Shown here piece by piece: positions 11,617 to 24,789 of a stretch of 64,000 nucleotides of DNA (position 1 is the stretch's first letter; each line of letters begins with the position of its first letter). The translations under genes were made by a program, and so were the position numbers. The stretch is from Macrostomum hystrix. Its lineage: Eukaryota > Animalia > Platyhelminthes. The notes beneath the pieces are model-generated. The model did no database searches, was not told where the DNA came from, and worked only from the letters and a program-made list of their open reading frames with translations. The stretch covers positions 992,001 through 1,056,000 of the forward strand of contig CATNEN010000035.1 in assembly GCA_950097015.1 (NCBI GenBank). The letters run 5' to 3'.

Positions 11617-13364
11617 CTTGCTGGGGCCAGCCCGGCCTTCATTCGATGACGGGCGCTGCTGGCGAATCCGCGGACCTGTGGGCTGAGGAATTGGGGTGGC
11701 GTCTGGGCAGGGGTGGAAAATCGCCAATTAGGGGAGGGTGGCGGACTGAGGCGACACTCGGCAGTCTTGGGCCTCGCCTAGTGCCCAAGATTTTGGTGGG
11801 AGATGAGGATAATGAGGCTGGATCGAAGCGCCAGCGTGTGCCCTCAGGGCGGCTTTTGCAAAGGGATCTGGGGCTGGGGTGGATTGTTGGCCTTTATCCC
11901 AGATTCCGGAGAGCACAGATGAAGGAGCGATTCCGGAGATCACGGGGCCGAAGTGTTGAGCCGCGGTTTGCCGAGGGATGTGAATAAAAAAGAGTCATTG
12001 GTGGCACTGGTGGCATTGACAAGAACACTCTTTGACCTCGCAGCGGATGTCACAGTGGCCCCTCAGCAAGGCTCGCCTCTGTCACAGCTCCACTTTTTTT
12101 TTCTAGAATTTGATCCTCAGCAAACGGGAGAAATGTGACACAAATGGGATACAATGATGATGGGCATTGCAGTGAATTCTCGGATAGTTGCAATTGATAC
12201 TGGCGCATAGTAATTTGAGCATGAGAAAAAAATCCGCAGCCGAAAGGACTCAATGGGATCAGATGATGCGTTGAGCCGCCATTAATATTTTCTTCTGAGT
12301 AATCCTATTTCTCTACGGTACGGATTTGTTTGATTACACCAGCTGGTGGCAATGTTGTTCCACTTGCGAATTAGAGAAACGTTCCTCTGGTTTTCGGGGA
12401 TGAGAATTTGATGAGAAAAAATGTTGCAAAAACAACGGCCTCCTTCGCAGTCCGTCCGAATGGGATAAATATCCCCCAAAGCAGGGACAATTCTTACTAC
12501 ATTTCCCCTACTTGCTGTCGCGACCCACCGCAGAGTCGACCAGAAAATCTACTCAAAGATGCTGCAGTTCTCACTCGGTACAAATCTCTCATCGTCCTCG
12601 CTCCCAGTCGTGACCCCGGGAATCCAGTGCCCTTCACTTTGCGCAGTTCAGACAGTAAATGAAGCAGCATTCATTTATATGGCTAGTAATATTTAAGCCA
12701 AGGCTTAGGCCTATATAGGCCTCACTGATTGTGTGGACATTGTGGGCTAAGGAAGAGGAACCCACCGGACTGCAAGACACCAAAACACAGACAGGGACAA
12801 TTTGTGCCATTTCCGATTGCGTCTATTTCGCTGTTTTATTACGTAATCCAGTTTACAATGTGCTAGCCACCTTGACTGCGTAACCAGTGTGTGTTTGTCT
12901 GCAACAAAAATTTGTTGAGGTGGGTAGAAAATGATTTACTGCCTCGTTGCACACCTAGAAAGGTCTGGCGATGAAGACACAGCGCATTTTAGGAGACAAC
13001 TTAATCACTGTAAGCAGTCAATTGTGGAATATTGATATTGAACAGCAAGCGTATCAGACAGTATCTCTGATCCATAAGACTGCGTTTTATAACACTCGCC
13101 CCGGCTTTTTCGCACGAACAAGCAACTCCTGCGCTACGTGTCACGCCGAAATACAGGATAATCCTGAAACTCGGGGATTCTATTGGTTACTGCGCCAGTC
13201 AATACAAACTGGCCTCTTCAAGTCGGAATTTTTAAGACACTTTGGGACGAACTCTTGATGGTGATAAGACTTATTCGTGGTTTCATAGATCGACTTCAGA
13301 TAGCACACTGTTTGACAATGCACGGTTGAACCTGACAGGGCGGTGATCGGATAGATGGACAGGT

Positions 13365-14490
13365 GTAGATTAGAGACAGGTGTAGATTAGAGACAGGTGT
13401 AGATTAGGGACAGGTGTAGATTAGAGACAGGTGGAGACAGGTGTAGATTAGGGACAGTTGTAGATTAGGGACAGGTGTAGATTAGGGACAGGTGTAGATT
13501 AGGGACAGTTGTAGATTAGGGACAGGTGTAGATTAGAGACAGGTGTAGATTAGGGACAGGTGTAGATTAGAGACAGGTGTAGATTAGAGACAGGTGTAGA
13601 TTAGAGACAAGTGTAGATTAGGGACAGTTGTAGATTAGGGACAGGTGTAGATTAGAGACAGGTGGAGACAGGTGTAGATTAGGGACAGGTGTAGATTAGA
13701 GACAGGTGTAGATTAGGGACAGGTGTAGATTAGAGACAGGTGGAGACAGGTGTAGATTAGGGACAGTTGTAGATTAGGGACAGGTGTAGATTAGGGACAG
13801 GTGTAGATTAGGGACAGTTGTAGATTAGGGACAGGTGTAGATTAGAGACAGGTGTAGATTAGGGACAGGTGTAGATTAGGGACAGGTGTAGATTAGAGAC
13901 AGGTGGAGACAGGTGTAGATTAGGGACAGTTGTAGATTAGGGACAGGTGTAGATTAGGGACAGGTGTAGATTAGGGACAGTTGTAGATTAGGGACAGGTG
14001 TAGATTAGAGACAGGTGTAGATTAGGGACAGGTGTAGATTAGAGACAGGTGTAGATTAGAGACAGGTGTAGATTAGAGACAAGTGTAGATTAGGGACAGT
14101 TGTAGATTAGGGACAGGTGTAGATTAGAGACAGGTGGAGACAGGTGTAGATTAGGGACAGGTGTAGATTAGAGACAGGTGTAGATTAGGGACAGGTGTAG
14201 ATTAGAGACAGGTGGAGACAGGTGTAGATTAGGGACAGGTGTAGATTAGAGACAGGTGTAGATTAGGGACAGGTGTAGATTAGGGACAGGTGTAGATTAG
14301 AGACAGGTGTAGATTAGGGACAGGTGTAGATTAGGGACAGTTGTAGATTAGGGACAGGTGTAGATTAGAGACAGGTGTAGATTAGGGACAGGTGTAGATT
14401 AGAGACAGGTGTAGATTAGAGACAGGTGTAGATTAGGGACAGGTGGAGACAGGTGTAGATTAGGGACAGGTGTAGATTAGAGACAGGTGC
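13365..14490. repeat. 17-bp minisatellite (GGTGTAGATTAG[A/G]GACA) with internal block duplication
   Basis: Direct reading; rare variant GACAAG recurs at 13606 and 14078. Confidence 0.96.
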
Positions 14491-15504
14491 CCTATTAGAG
14501 ATAGGACAGACAGGACAGACAGGACAGACAAGTATTTTGAGTATGGAACGTGCGGTAGAGAAATCACAAATTTAATTGAGGTGAGACTGGGGTGGATAAG
14601 TTTATAATTTGGTCGTCATTTCAAGAACTTTAGAGAGCTCTGCTTCAGCTGCTACAATAGAATGAAAGAAGCAATGCAGCCATTGCCCCAGCAAAAACAC
14701 CTGGAGTTTCTATGGCATCTAAAAACAATAGCTTTCTTCTAATGAATACCTCAACATAGAACTTCTATGGCTGTTATCAATGTATAAAATCGACATATTG
14801 TGGGAAAATTCCGAGCTGTTCATTTTTACGCGAAAAAAATATTTCGACAAATGATGCTAGTTATTTGTTACACTCTTGTTTAAATTTCCGATCATCATTC
14901 TCTCTTTTTCAGACTGTCCTTATGCCTTCTCGCGCTTCTGCAATGAAAACATTCATATGCTACCTATTGCCTTCACTCTGCAACCCTGTTTTCTAAAACT
15001 TTGTTCTGTTCTCTCCCCTCCTTGCCCCGCTAAAACAGTTTTTTCTCAGATTTTCAGCCGAGTATAAAACAACCAAGCTCAGTGAGAAAAGTGCCAGCTA
15101 TTTCCGCTGGAAAAAAAATGCCCAGATCTGGTAGGATTAATCTCATTAGGAAGCGTGGAGCGGAGTATTTTGAAGGGGCAGATGCCCTGCTGTTTTACTG
15201 AGCGACAGACTCCCCCTAGCTACTTGACTGACAGTAGATCAGCTATGACTTCACTGAGAATGAGAAGCACTGGTGACTGGTGAGCTATTTGGCACAGGTG
15301 CATTGATAACAACAGAAAAAAAGCTGCAGGTGTAAAACTCCGGCAAACGAACTCGCGACGCGCCCCAGTGGCGTTCAAGAGGGTCTCACAGCGGGTGCGC
15401 TTCTCAACAATGCGTTCACGATTTTTTATGAATTATTTATTAGGCTGAGTCCGTGGAAATATTATCTTTTTTACTGTAAATGCTATTTCATTTTAAAACC
15501 TTTT

Positions 15505-15735
15505 TCTTCCTCTCTCTCCATCTCTCCCCTCTCCTTCTCTCCCTCTCCTCTCTCCCCCTCCCTCTCCCTCTCTCCCCTCTCCTTCTCTCCCTCTCTCCTC
15601 TCTCCCTCTCTACTCTCTCCCCTCTCTCTCCTCTCTCCCCCTCTCTCCCTTTCTCCCTCTCTCCTCTCTCCCTCTCTCCTCTCTCCCTCTCCCTCTTTCT
15701 CCCTCTCTCCCCTCTCCCTCTCTCCCCCTCAACAT
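15505..15735. repeat. Polypyrimidine (C/T) low-complexity tract
   Basis: About 230 bp of almost pure C and T on the plus strand. Confidence 0.95.
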
Positions 15736-16259
15736 CCCCTTGATGAAAAGCGCAAAAGCTACATAAAATTGAAATCCCGATGCCTGCATTATAAAATGAT
15801 CCTCACGATAATTAATTTGCGTGCCTGCCTCATCTAGAAGTTTGAAGTTTTACTTTCCTTTCAAGAAACAAATAAAATAGCTTTTTGGTTGTAGAAAAAG
15901 CACGATGTTCATGTAAGTACTATCAAAGTGTGCAGTGAATTAGCAGTTTATAAAAACTGGGGCTAACACTGTCATAGCAACGTGCAATACCCAAGTACTG
16001 ACAAGCGAGCTTAAAAACAATGTTCTATTTAGTTGCTAGGATAAAAAAACTTTTATATACGAATTGCGAAGACATCCGCTTTCAGGCTCCCAGCGACACA
16101 GCTCGTATTTTGCTCACATGCTCATTTTTTCTGAGACAGATGTCGCGCTGTTTGAGTGGTTAAATTAAAAACATCTGCTAGAAATGCTGTGCTCAATAAA
16201 TGTTGAAAACTAACATTCTTCTTAAATTGCATTGGTAGGCGAGGCACAGCTCATGAGAA

Positions 16260-16990
16260 ACCCGAAACTTAAAACACTTGAAACTTAAAAAACCCGAAAA
16301 TTAAACAGCCAGAGACTTCAAAAACACGAAACATAAAAAACCAGAAACTTCAAAAACCCGAAACTTAAAAAACCGAAATTTTAAACACCAGAAACTTCAA
16401 AAACCAGAAACTTCAAAAAACCAGAAACTTCAAATACCAGAAACTTCAAAAACCAGAAACTTCAAAAACCCGAAACTTCAAAAACCAGAAACTTCAAAAA
16501 CCAGAAACTTCAAAAACCAGAAACTTCAAAAAGCCGAAACTTCAAAAAGCCGAAACTTCATAAAGCCGAAACTTCAAAAAGCCGAAACTTCAAAAACCAG
16601 AAACTTCAAAAACCAGAAACTTCAAAAACCAGAAACTTCAAAAACCAGAAACTTCAATAACCTGAAACTTCAAAAAGCCGAAACTTCAAAAACCTGAAAC
16701 TTCAAAAACCTGCAGAAACTTCAAAAACCTGAAACTTCAAAAACCTGCAGAAACTTAAAAAACCTGAAACTTCAAAAACCTGCAGAAACTTCAAAAACCT
16801 GAAACTTCAAAAACCTGAAACTTCAAAAACCAGAAACTTCAAGAAGACCCCGAAAAAACTCGAAACTTCTAAAATAACCCGAAACTTCAGAAAACCCGAA
16901 ATAAAACCCCCGAAATTAAAAAAACCCTAAGCTTAAAAATTTATGAAATACGAAGAAAACCGAACTATCAGAAAAACCAGAAGCTGAAAA
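16260..16990. repeat. A-rich ~16-bp minisatellite (AAACTTCAAAAACCAG) with degenerate edges
   Basis: Direct reading. Confidence 0.92.
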
Positions 16991-17187
16991 ACTTTTAAAA
17001 CTTTAGAGAATTAGAAATTTCAAAAATTATTTCTTAACTTTGAAGTTTCATAACTAAACTTTAACAAACCGAAAGTTCCTGTGTGCTGTGGTCCTGTTAA
17101 AAAACAGGAAAATGAACAACAGGCCTTCAATTATAGCTTGGTGGTTGTTTAAAAACACAATTTCCTTAACAGACTGGCAAATTGGTT

Positions 17188-17192
<5 letters not shown>

Positions 17193-17226
<34 letters not shown>
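17193..17226. repeat. (GT)n microsatellite
   Basis: Direct reading. Confidence 0.97.
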
Positions 17227-17227
<1 letters not shown>

Positions 17228-18299
17228 GAGTATCTGAGAACAGTCTCAACTCAATTCATCTGCCTGGCTGACTCATGATCTTAATTACGAAAATGAAAAA
17301 GAAATGGCCAAGAATAGGAAGAAGAAAGAGCTGCCACACCTGGGGGGAGAAGCCGCATTGAGGACTGCATCAACTCAGCACGCCAGGCTACGACCATCCT
17401 TCTGCTCCGACACCCCCAGCCCCTGAGGGCGACTCAATTTTTTGTTGGCTTGGTTTGAGTTCGTTTTAGTTTGCGTGTTCGATTTTTTAGTCATGCAAGG
17501 AGGTTTTGGGAAACTAATGAAAGCATCTAGCTTGGCAACTGACACTATTATAGTTTCTTGAGTCCTACTAAGAAAAAATTGGGATCTACAGTAGCTAACT
17601 AAGGCAAGACAGATGCAGCAGTTTCAATTTCAAGTCTTATCTAATCGAAAGCTGTGAATGCTGTGAGTCGAGCATCCTATTTAGAATTCGGGTGATTTAT
17701 GGACAAGGAAGAGCTGTAACGTTTCTTGGAAAATTAATGAGTATAGCTGCCTAATCTGGTTAAATGCTTTCGATCACTGAAAAGAAACTTTTTTTATTCA
17801 TATCGGAAGTTTTCCATGCACAAAAAAACTAAACTAAACTAAAACTAAAAAACGGTAATAAGGCCCAGAGGCAATGCGAATTGTTTAAGAAGTGTCCACA
17901 GACAAAGAACTCCTAAAAAATATAGCCAAGAAAACTAAAGTGGAACAGAAATGTCTTCAAAATTCTTGAATAAGCTGCAGGTGACAGATATTTGAGACGG
18001 TCGAAGCTATCAATCTGCCTTTATCCTTGCAGCCACGTGCTGCTGCTGCTGCTGCTGCTGCTGCTGAGTATTTTCATTATTTAATCTCGTGACGTTCCGA
18101 TATGAGGAAAATGCTTAGAAAAATCTGAAAAGAAGGATCGATATTTGATGGATGATGATAACTGCAGTCAGATTTTTTCGAATGAATCATTCTAACTTAA
18201 TAGAATGAAATAATATATTATGGTACAGCCTACCATACAGCCAACTGTCTTACTTGTTCACTTGATAAATGTATTCTGAGGTCTAAACAATCTGACACA

Positions 18300-19397
18300 C
18301 TAATCAGATAGAGAGTGACATTGATAATCAGACAGAGAGAGAGAGTGACATTGATAATCAGACAGGGGGTGACATTGATTATCAGATAGAGAGTGACATT
18401 GATAATCAGACAGAGAGAGAGAGTGACATTGATAATCAGACAGGGGGTGACATTGATTATCAGATAGAGAGTGACATTGATAATCAGACAGGGGGTGACA
18501 TTGATTATCAGATAGAGAGTGACATTGATAATCAGACAGGGGGTGACATTGATTATCAGATAGAGAGTGACATTGATAATCAGACAGAGAGAGAGAGTGA
18601 CATTGATAATCAGACAGAGAGTGACATTGATAATCAGACAGAGTGACATTGATAATCAGACAGAGAGTGACATTGATAATCAGACAGAGAGTGACATTGA
18701 TAATCAGATAGAGAGTGACATTGATAATCAGACAGAGAGTGACATTGATAACCAGACAGAGAGTGACATTGATAATCAGACAGAGAGTGACATTGATAAT
18801 CAGACAGAGAGTGACATTGATAACCAGACAGAGAGTGACATTGATAACCAGACAGAGAGTGACATTGATAATCAGACAGAGAGTGACATTGATAACCAGA
18901 CAGAGAGTGACATTGATAATCAGACAGAGAGTGACATTGATAACCAGACAGAGAGTGACATTGATAATCAGACAGAGAGTGACATTGATAATCAGATAGA
19001 GAGTGACATTGATAATCAGATAGAGAAGTGACATTGATAATCAGATAGAGAAGTGACATTGATAATCAGATAGTGGGTGACATTGATAATCAGATAGAGA
19101 GTGAAATTGATAATCAGACAGAGAGTGACATTGATAATCAGACAGAGAGTGACATTGATAATCAGACAGAGAGTGACATTGATAATCAGATAGAGAGTGA
19201 CATTGATAATCAGATAGAGAAGTGACATTGATAATCAGATAGAGAAGTGACATTGATAATCAGATAGTGGGTGACATTGATAATCAGATAGAGAGTGAAA
19301 TTGATAATCAGACAGAGAGTGACATTGATAATCAGACAGAGAGTGACATTGATAATCAGACAGAGAGTGACATTGATAATCAGATAGAGAGTGACAT
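18300..19397. repeat. ~24-bp minisatellite (ACAGAGAGTGACATTGATAATCAG) with variable (AG)n
   Basis: Direct reading; variant TAGTGGGTGAC recurs at 19071 and 19265 (194-bp block duplication). Confidence 0.96.
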
Positions 19398-20029
19398 TTA
19401 TAAGACTGAATGGTATAGGGGCAAATACACGAAAGGGTGTTACATTGGAAGAGAGACACAGAGTGACACATACAGTATGGAATGCATTTTTGATCATAAG
19501 TCGACCGAGATATATATGCCAAAATATTTCCAGACGCTGTGAAAAATAAAAATAGATAGAAAAAACGGAGACAGAAGGATAGATACGAGTCTGGACCCAC
19601 TCTGTTTGCTTTCCTGTAAAGGATCAGGCCTCTAAAAATAATCTTGAGCGATAGTTCCATTCTGCTCTGCTCAACTGTATTAAAGCTCAAGCGATTGCGT
19701 CACGTCCCCGCCTCGTTCGTCATCAATCCTAGGTCTGTCTGTCTGTCAGAATCCCGGGCTCAATGGTCGTGGCAATGGGCGTCAGACAAACACAGCTGGG
19801 ACTCAGAATGATTTCGCTTCAACTCAGAAGAAAACGCCGCGATTCCCTATTCTAGGATTGGACCTGCGTCCGACGTGTGTCAAATACAGACGAGAGTTCG
19901 GATCCGACCCCTGACCCACCGATTCAATACGCAATCAGTTCTATATGGGTGTTAGTCTGCAACTTAGGGAATGCTACACACACAAACATACCTGTTGCAG
20001 AGTGATTTCACACTGGGTCTCACTCCACT

Positions 20030-20222
20030 CATTCTATGAGATTCACTTTGTCGTCCATTGAGATTCACTCCCAATCTCATCCATTGAGATTCACTCCCAA
20101 TCTCATCCATTGAGATTCACTCCCAATCTCATCCATTGAGATTCACTCCCAATCTCATCCATTGAGATTCACTCTCAATCTCATCCATTGAGATTCACTC
20201 CCAATCTCATCTATTGAGATTC
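20030..20222. repeat. 26-bp minisatellite with internal inverted repeat (CATTGAGATTCACTCCCAATCTCATC), ~7 copies
   Basis: Period 26 (20056, 20082, ...); TGAGATT/AATCTCA arms in each unit. Confidence 0.93.
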
Positions 20223-22079
20223 CCTACCAATATCGTCACATCATGAGTAAAGTCAGATAGGCAGTGAGCTTGCGATTTAGTTGCTATGCTCTAGTAATTC
20301 CGTGGTTATGTCACAGGTCAGCTGTCAAAATGTCAAAACAGTTTTCTTCGCTAACTTTCGGAAACGTCAATTCGAATGAATAAACAAAACAGAAACACAC
20401 AGCCTGTCGGATGTTCTGTTTGTTTAACGTTAGTAATCTGCATTTGATTAAGGAATTGAAATAAAAATTATACAGTGCACATGCTTGAGCACGTTTGAGT
20501 AGCGAAGAGTTGCAAAAGTCGGTTGGTGACTCTGCAACAAAAAGCAGAAAAATCCAGAACCACGGAAATTTATTGATTTGAAGTCCTGTTTGTCCTAATT
20601 ATTATAATCCTGCCAGACCTGAGCATCTTTAGTTACCTATTAAATAAAGTTGCTGAAGTGGGGCGTTTGTTAAAATTCGGATTTCCTTGTTTGCCAACCA
20701 TTTTGAGCTGAGGGTGGCTGCCTTACTCACGCCGATCCGGAAAACTCCCCGCAACGGCTGCCTCGCCTTATCCCCCCCTCTGTGAGAGCACACTTGAGAA
20801 ACACTGCTCTAACTGAGACCTTTACTCAACCCTCTGGGTCAGAGAGACGGCTGCACACGACTGGAGGTGTAGCCGTAAATAGGTCTGGAAGTGTTGGAAG
20901 TGTTGAGTAGGTTTCTAGTAAATGCTCTTCTACTAAAAGCAGGCGGGCGCTCGCCCCCCAGAAGAAGTTGACACCCGTCAAGGAGAGCGGCTTGAGTTTG
21001 GGTGGAGCATTTCAGAGTCGGAACTTGAGTAAAGTGTTGTGAGAGCATTGTGCTCTGGGAGGGCGGGGCACATTCGGGTAGCCAATCCCGAGACCCAATT
21101 TCAAATCCTGGCTTTGCCAACTCAAATAAGCCATAGCGTCATGATATTTGACAGACTATGCTCAAACTGTCATGCAGTTCAAGCTATGGGAAAAAGAGGG
21201 CTCACTACGGAATATATTTTCCTAGAAATTAGACTTCAAGGGTCCAGCTTTCACTTCTCTCTATTGCAGGCCGGGTCATGGGTGGGGCCCAAGCTACTCA
21301 ATTGAGTATGGGAGCACAAAGTGGTTTTCACATTTTTATAGGGCCTCTTCAGCGGACACAACCAAAGTTTTGACAGCCGCTGGATCGATGCGGTATATAA
21401 TTTATTTGAGTTTTGCAATTTTTTTCGACATTGACAAGGGGCCTGATGAATGGGGTGAGACTATTGGGTCTTTAAAGCAAGTTACGCAAGTTTATTGCTT
21501 GCCTGTCAGTTATGAAGCCTCATGTACATAGCCTAACAGTTATTTTGCAAGACAGTTTAAAATAAACGTGTCAGCTTCGGCGTTGTCCCACCAGGTCCTA
21601 GATCCAGAATTCCACGATACAACTGAGCAGCGTGAGCAGTGTCAAGTTTTTTGCTCGTGGCATTAGTCATGCTGGTCTATTCCCATTTTGGGATATCACA
21701 TTACTAGGGTCTTTGTCACCTTCTCAAACTCTACAGCAGCGAAATGTTGCACAAATTAATGAAGCATTTCGATGGAAGAAGAAGCAAAGGAATTTGTTTC
21801 TTCTATTCGGCATTTTCTGTGCCACGTGGGTCCAATTTTTTTATCAAAAGGGAATCGATATCAACAGACCCTTCAATTCTGATAAAATCATATCATAATT
21901 AATTTTCTAAGCGCAATGTTGACTTAAATATCTTTCATCGAAAAGCCACTAATTTAATTTGCTGGCATTAAATTTCTTTTATGGAGGAAATCGCGTTAGA
22001 AGAACAGCATTAGTCAAATACTGCTGTGTAGCGAACAGAAAAGCGACGAGACTCCAGCAAGAACCGCACTAAGTATTAG

Positions 22080-23805
22080 CGAATCGAATCAAGAATCGTA
22101 GCTAGAATCGAACCAAGAATCGTAGCTAGAGTCGAATGAAGAATCGTAGCTGGAATCGAATGAAGAATCGTAGCTGGAATCGAATAAAGAATCGTAGCTA
22201 GAATCGAATGAAGAATCGTAGCTGGAATCGAACCAAGAATCGTAGCTAGAGTCGAATGAAGAATCGTAGCTAGAATCGAACCAAGAATCGTAGCTAGAGT
22301 CGAATGAAGAATTGTAGCTGGAATCGAATGAAGAATCGTAGCTGGAATCGAATCAAGAATCGTAGCTGGAATCTAATCAAGAATCGTAGCTAGAATCGAA
22401 TCAAGAATCGTAGCTAGAATCTAACCAAGAATCGTAGCTGGAGTCGATTCAAGAATCGTAGCTAGAATCGAATCAAGAATCGTAGCTAGAGTCGAATCAA
22501 GAATCGTAGCTGGAATCGAATGAAGAATCCTAGCTAGAATCGAATCAAGAATCGTACCTGGAATCGAATCAAGAATCGTACCTGGAATCGAATCAAGAAT
22601 CGTAGCCGGAATCGAATCAAGAATCGTAGCTAGAATCGAATCAAGAATCGTAGCTGGAATCGAATAAAGAATCGTAGCTAGAATCGAATGAAGAATCGTA
22701 GCTGGAATCGAATCAAGAATCGTAGCTAGAGTCGAATGAAGAATCGTAGCTAGAATCGAACCAAGAATCGTAGCTAGAGTCGAATGAAGAATTGTAGCTG
22801 GAATCGAATGAAGAATCGTAGCTGGAATCGAATCAAGAATCGTAGCTGGAATCTAATCAAGAATCGTAGCTAGAATCGAATCAAGAATCGTAGCTAGAAT
22901 CTAACCAAGAATCCTAGCTGGAGTCGATTCAAGAATCGTAGCTGGAATCGAATCAAGAATCGTATCTGGAATCGAATCAAGAATCGTAGCTGGAATCGAA
23001 TCAAGAATCGTAGCTGGAATCGAATCAAGAATCGTAGCTGGAATCGAATCAAGAATCGTAGCTGGAATCGAATCAAGAATCGTAGCTGGAATCGAATCAA
23101 GAATCGTAGCTGGAATCGAATCAAGAATCGTAGCTGGAATCGAATCAAGAATCGTAGCTGGAATCGAATCAAGAATCGTAGCTGGAATCGAATCAAGAAT
23201 CGTAGCTAGAATCGAACCAAGAATCGTAGCTGGAATCGAATCAAGAATCGTAGCTAGAATCGAACCAAGAATCGTAGCTGGAATCGAATCAAGAATCGTA
23301 GCTAGAATCGAATGAAGAATCGTAGCTAGAGTCGAATCAAGAATCGTAGCTGGAATCGAATGAAGAATTGCAGCTAGAATCGAATGAAGAATCGTAGCTA
23401 GAGTCGAATCAAGAATCGTAGCTGGAATCGAATGAAGAATTGCAGCTAGAATCGAATGAAGAATCGTAGCTAGAGTCGAATCAAGAATCGTACCTGGAAT
23501 CGAATCAAGAATCGTAGCTGGAATCGAATCAAGAATCGTAGCTAGAATCGAATGAAGAATCGTAGCTAGAGTCGAATCAAGAATCGTAGCTGGAATCGAA
23601 TGAAGAATTGCAGCTAGAATCGAATGAAGAATCGTAGCTAGAGTCGAATCAAGAATCGTAGCTGGAATCGAATGAAGAATTGCAGCTAGAATCGAATGAA
23701 GAATCGTAGCTAGAGTCGAATCAAGAATCGTACCTGGAATCGAATCAAGAATCGTAGCTGGAATCGAATCAAGAATCGTAGCTGGAGTCGAATCAAGAAT
23801 CGTAA
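22080..23805. repeat. 24-bp minisatellite (GAATCGTAGCTGGAATCGAATCAA)
   Basis: Direct reading; 8-aa period in the minus ORF. Confidence 0.97.
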
Positions 23806-24789
23806 ACTCTATCTATGTAAACTGTAGCAGTGGCTAATTGACAGGAACCCAGTTCCAATTAGCTAAAATCCAACAATGCGAAGTGATTTACAATGCAAAA
23901 GTTAAGCTGGGGAAATCTCTGAATCATCACATTTTACATCATAAGTCACAAAAGCCTTCTTTCAAGTGAGCGACTGTGTCCATTTGTGGTTGTAGATTTC
24001 TGCTTTTAGGCTGGCAGCCAATATTTTTTGGCTTTCCGATTCCATCACTTGAAGCCCCTCACTAAATTCATTGCTAAAGTCTTGAAGCAGAGAATTAGTA
24101 GATGTAGGAATGGCTACAAAGAAATTAGTTGCTAAGGGAAGCCGGCAAGGAATTTTGAAACTCTGGGAGACAGGCGGGCGATCTTGTTAGCCCCGGTTCA
24201 AATCCCGTTCGCGTGGGAAAAGAGGAGGCCATCCCCGCCCAGTTTCCGAAATGATACTTTCAGTTCAAACTTCGGGTCCACCTGCCGTGTTGTTCTACCT
24301 GAAGTTAGTCCTATTAGTCCGGGACAAAAAGAAAAGAGATTTCCTATCAAAATCTTCTGAAAAATTCTGGACTCCATCTGCTTTAGGAGGCTGGACGTTA
24401 ATCCAGCAAATTGCTTCTTCAAGCAATGTTCCAACCCAAGCAATGGAATTTGCTAAAAGCGTGTCCTTGGCCCGAAACAGTTTCCCTGCGAAAGACCATC
24501 TGGCAGCAAGGATTAACGATTCACTGACACCCCACCGTCCATGTGTGTTCAGTTTCAATCAGAAATAGAGCAGCGATGCGAACCAACCCGCGTCTCTGCC
24601 CTCAGGGGTCATGGCTGGGTGGCACTTTTCTACAATACTTACTCTCACTTTCTGCTGATGAGATTGAAGTGCTACCTTAGCTGAGCCTGCTACTGCGGCT
24701 GCTCGAGTTTGATACAGGAGATTCAAACTCTGCTTCATTCCATTATCGATCGAGCTTGATACATTTCCAATCATAGCAAATATCGTAGG

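Noticed and set aside
15330-15430. PAN/apple-domain exon (RCETLL...EFVCRSF) on the minus strand
   Set aside because: Upstream in-frame stop with no convincing acceptor; the match is too short.
20030-20222. CRISPR-like palindromic repeats
   Set aside because: No unique spacers, no cas genes, eukaryotic context. The same applies to all other arrays.
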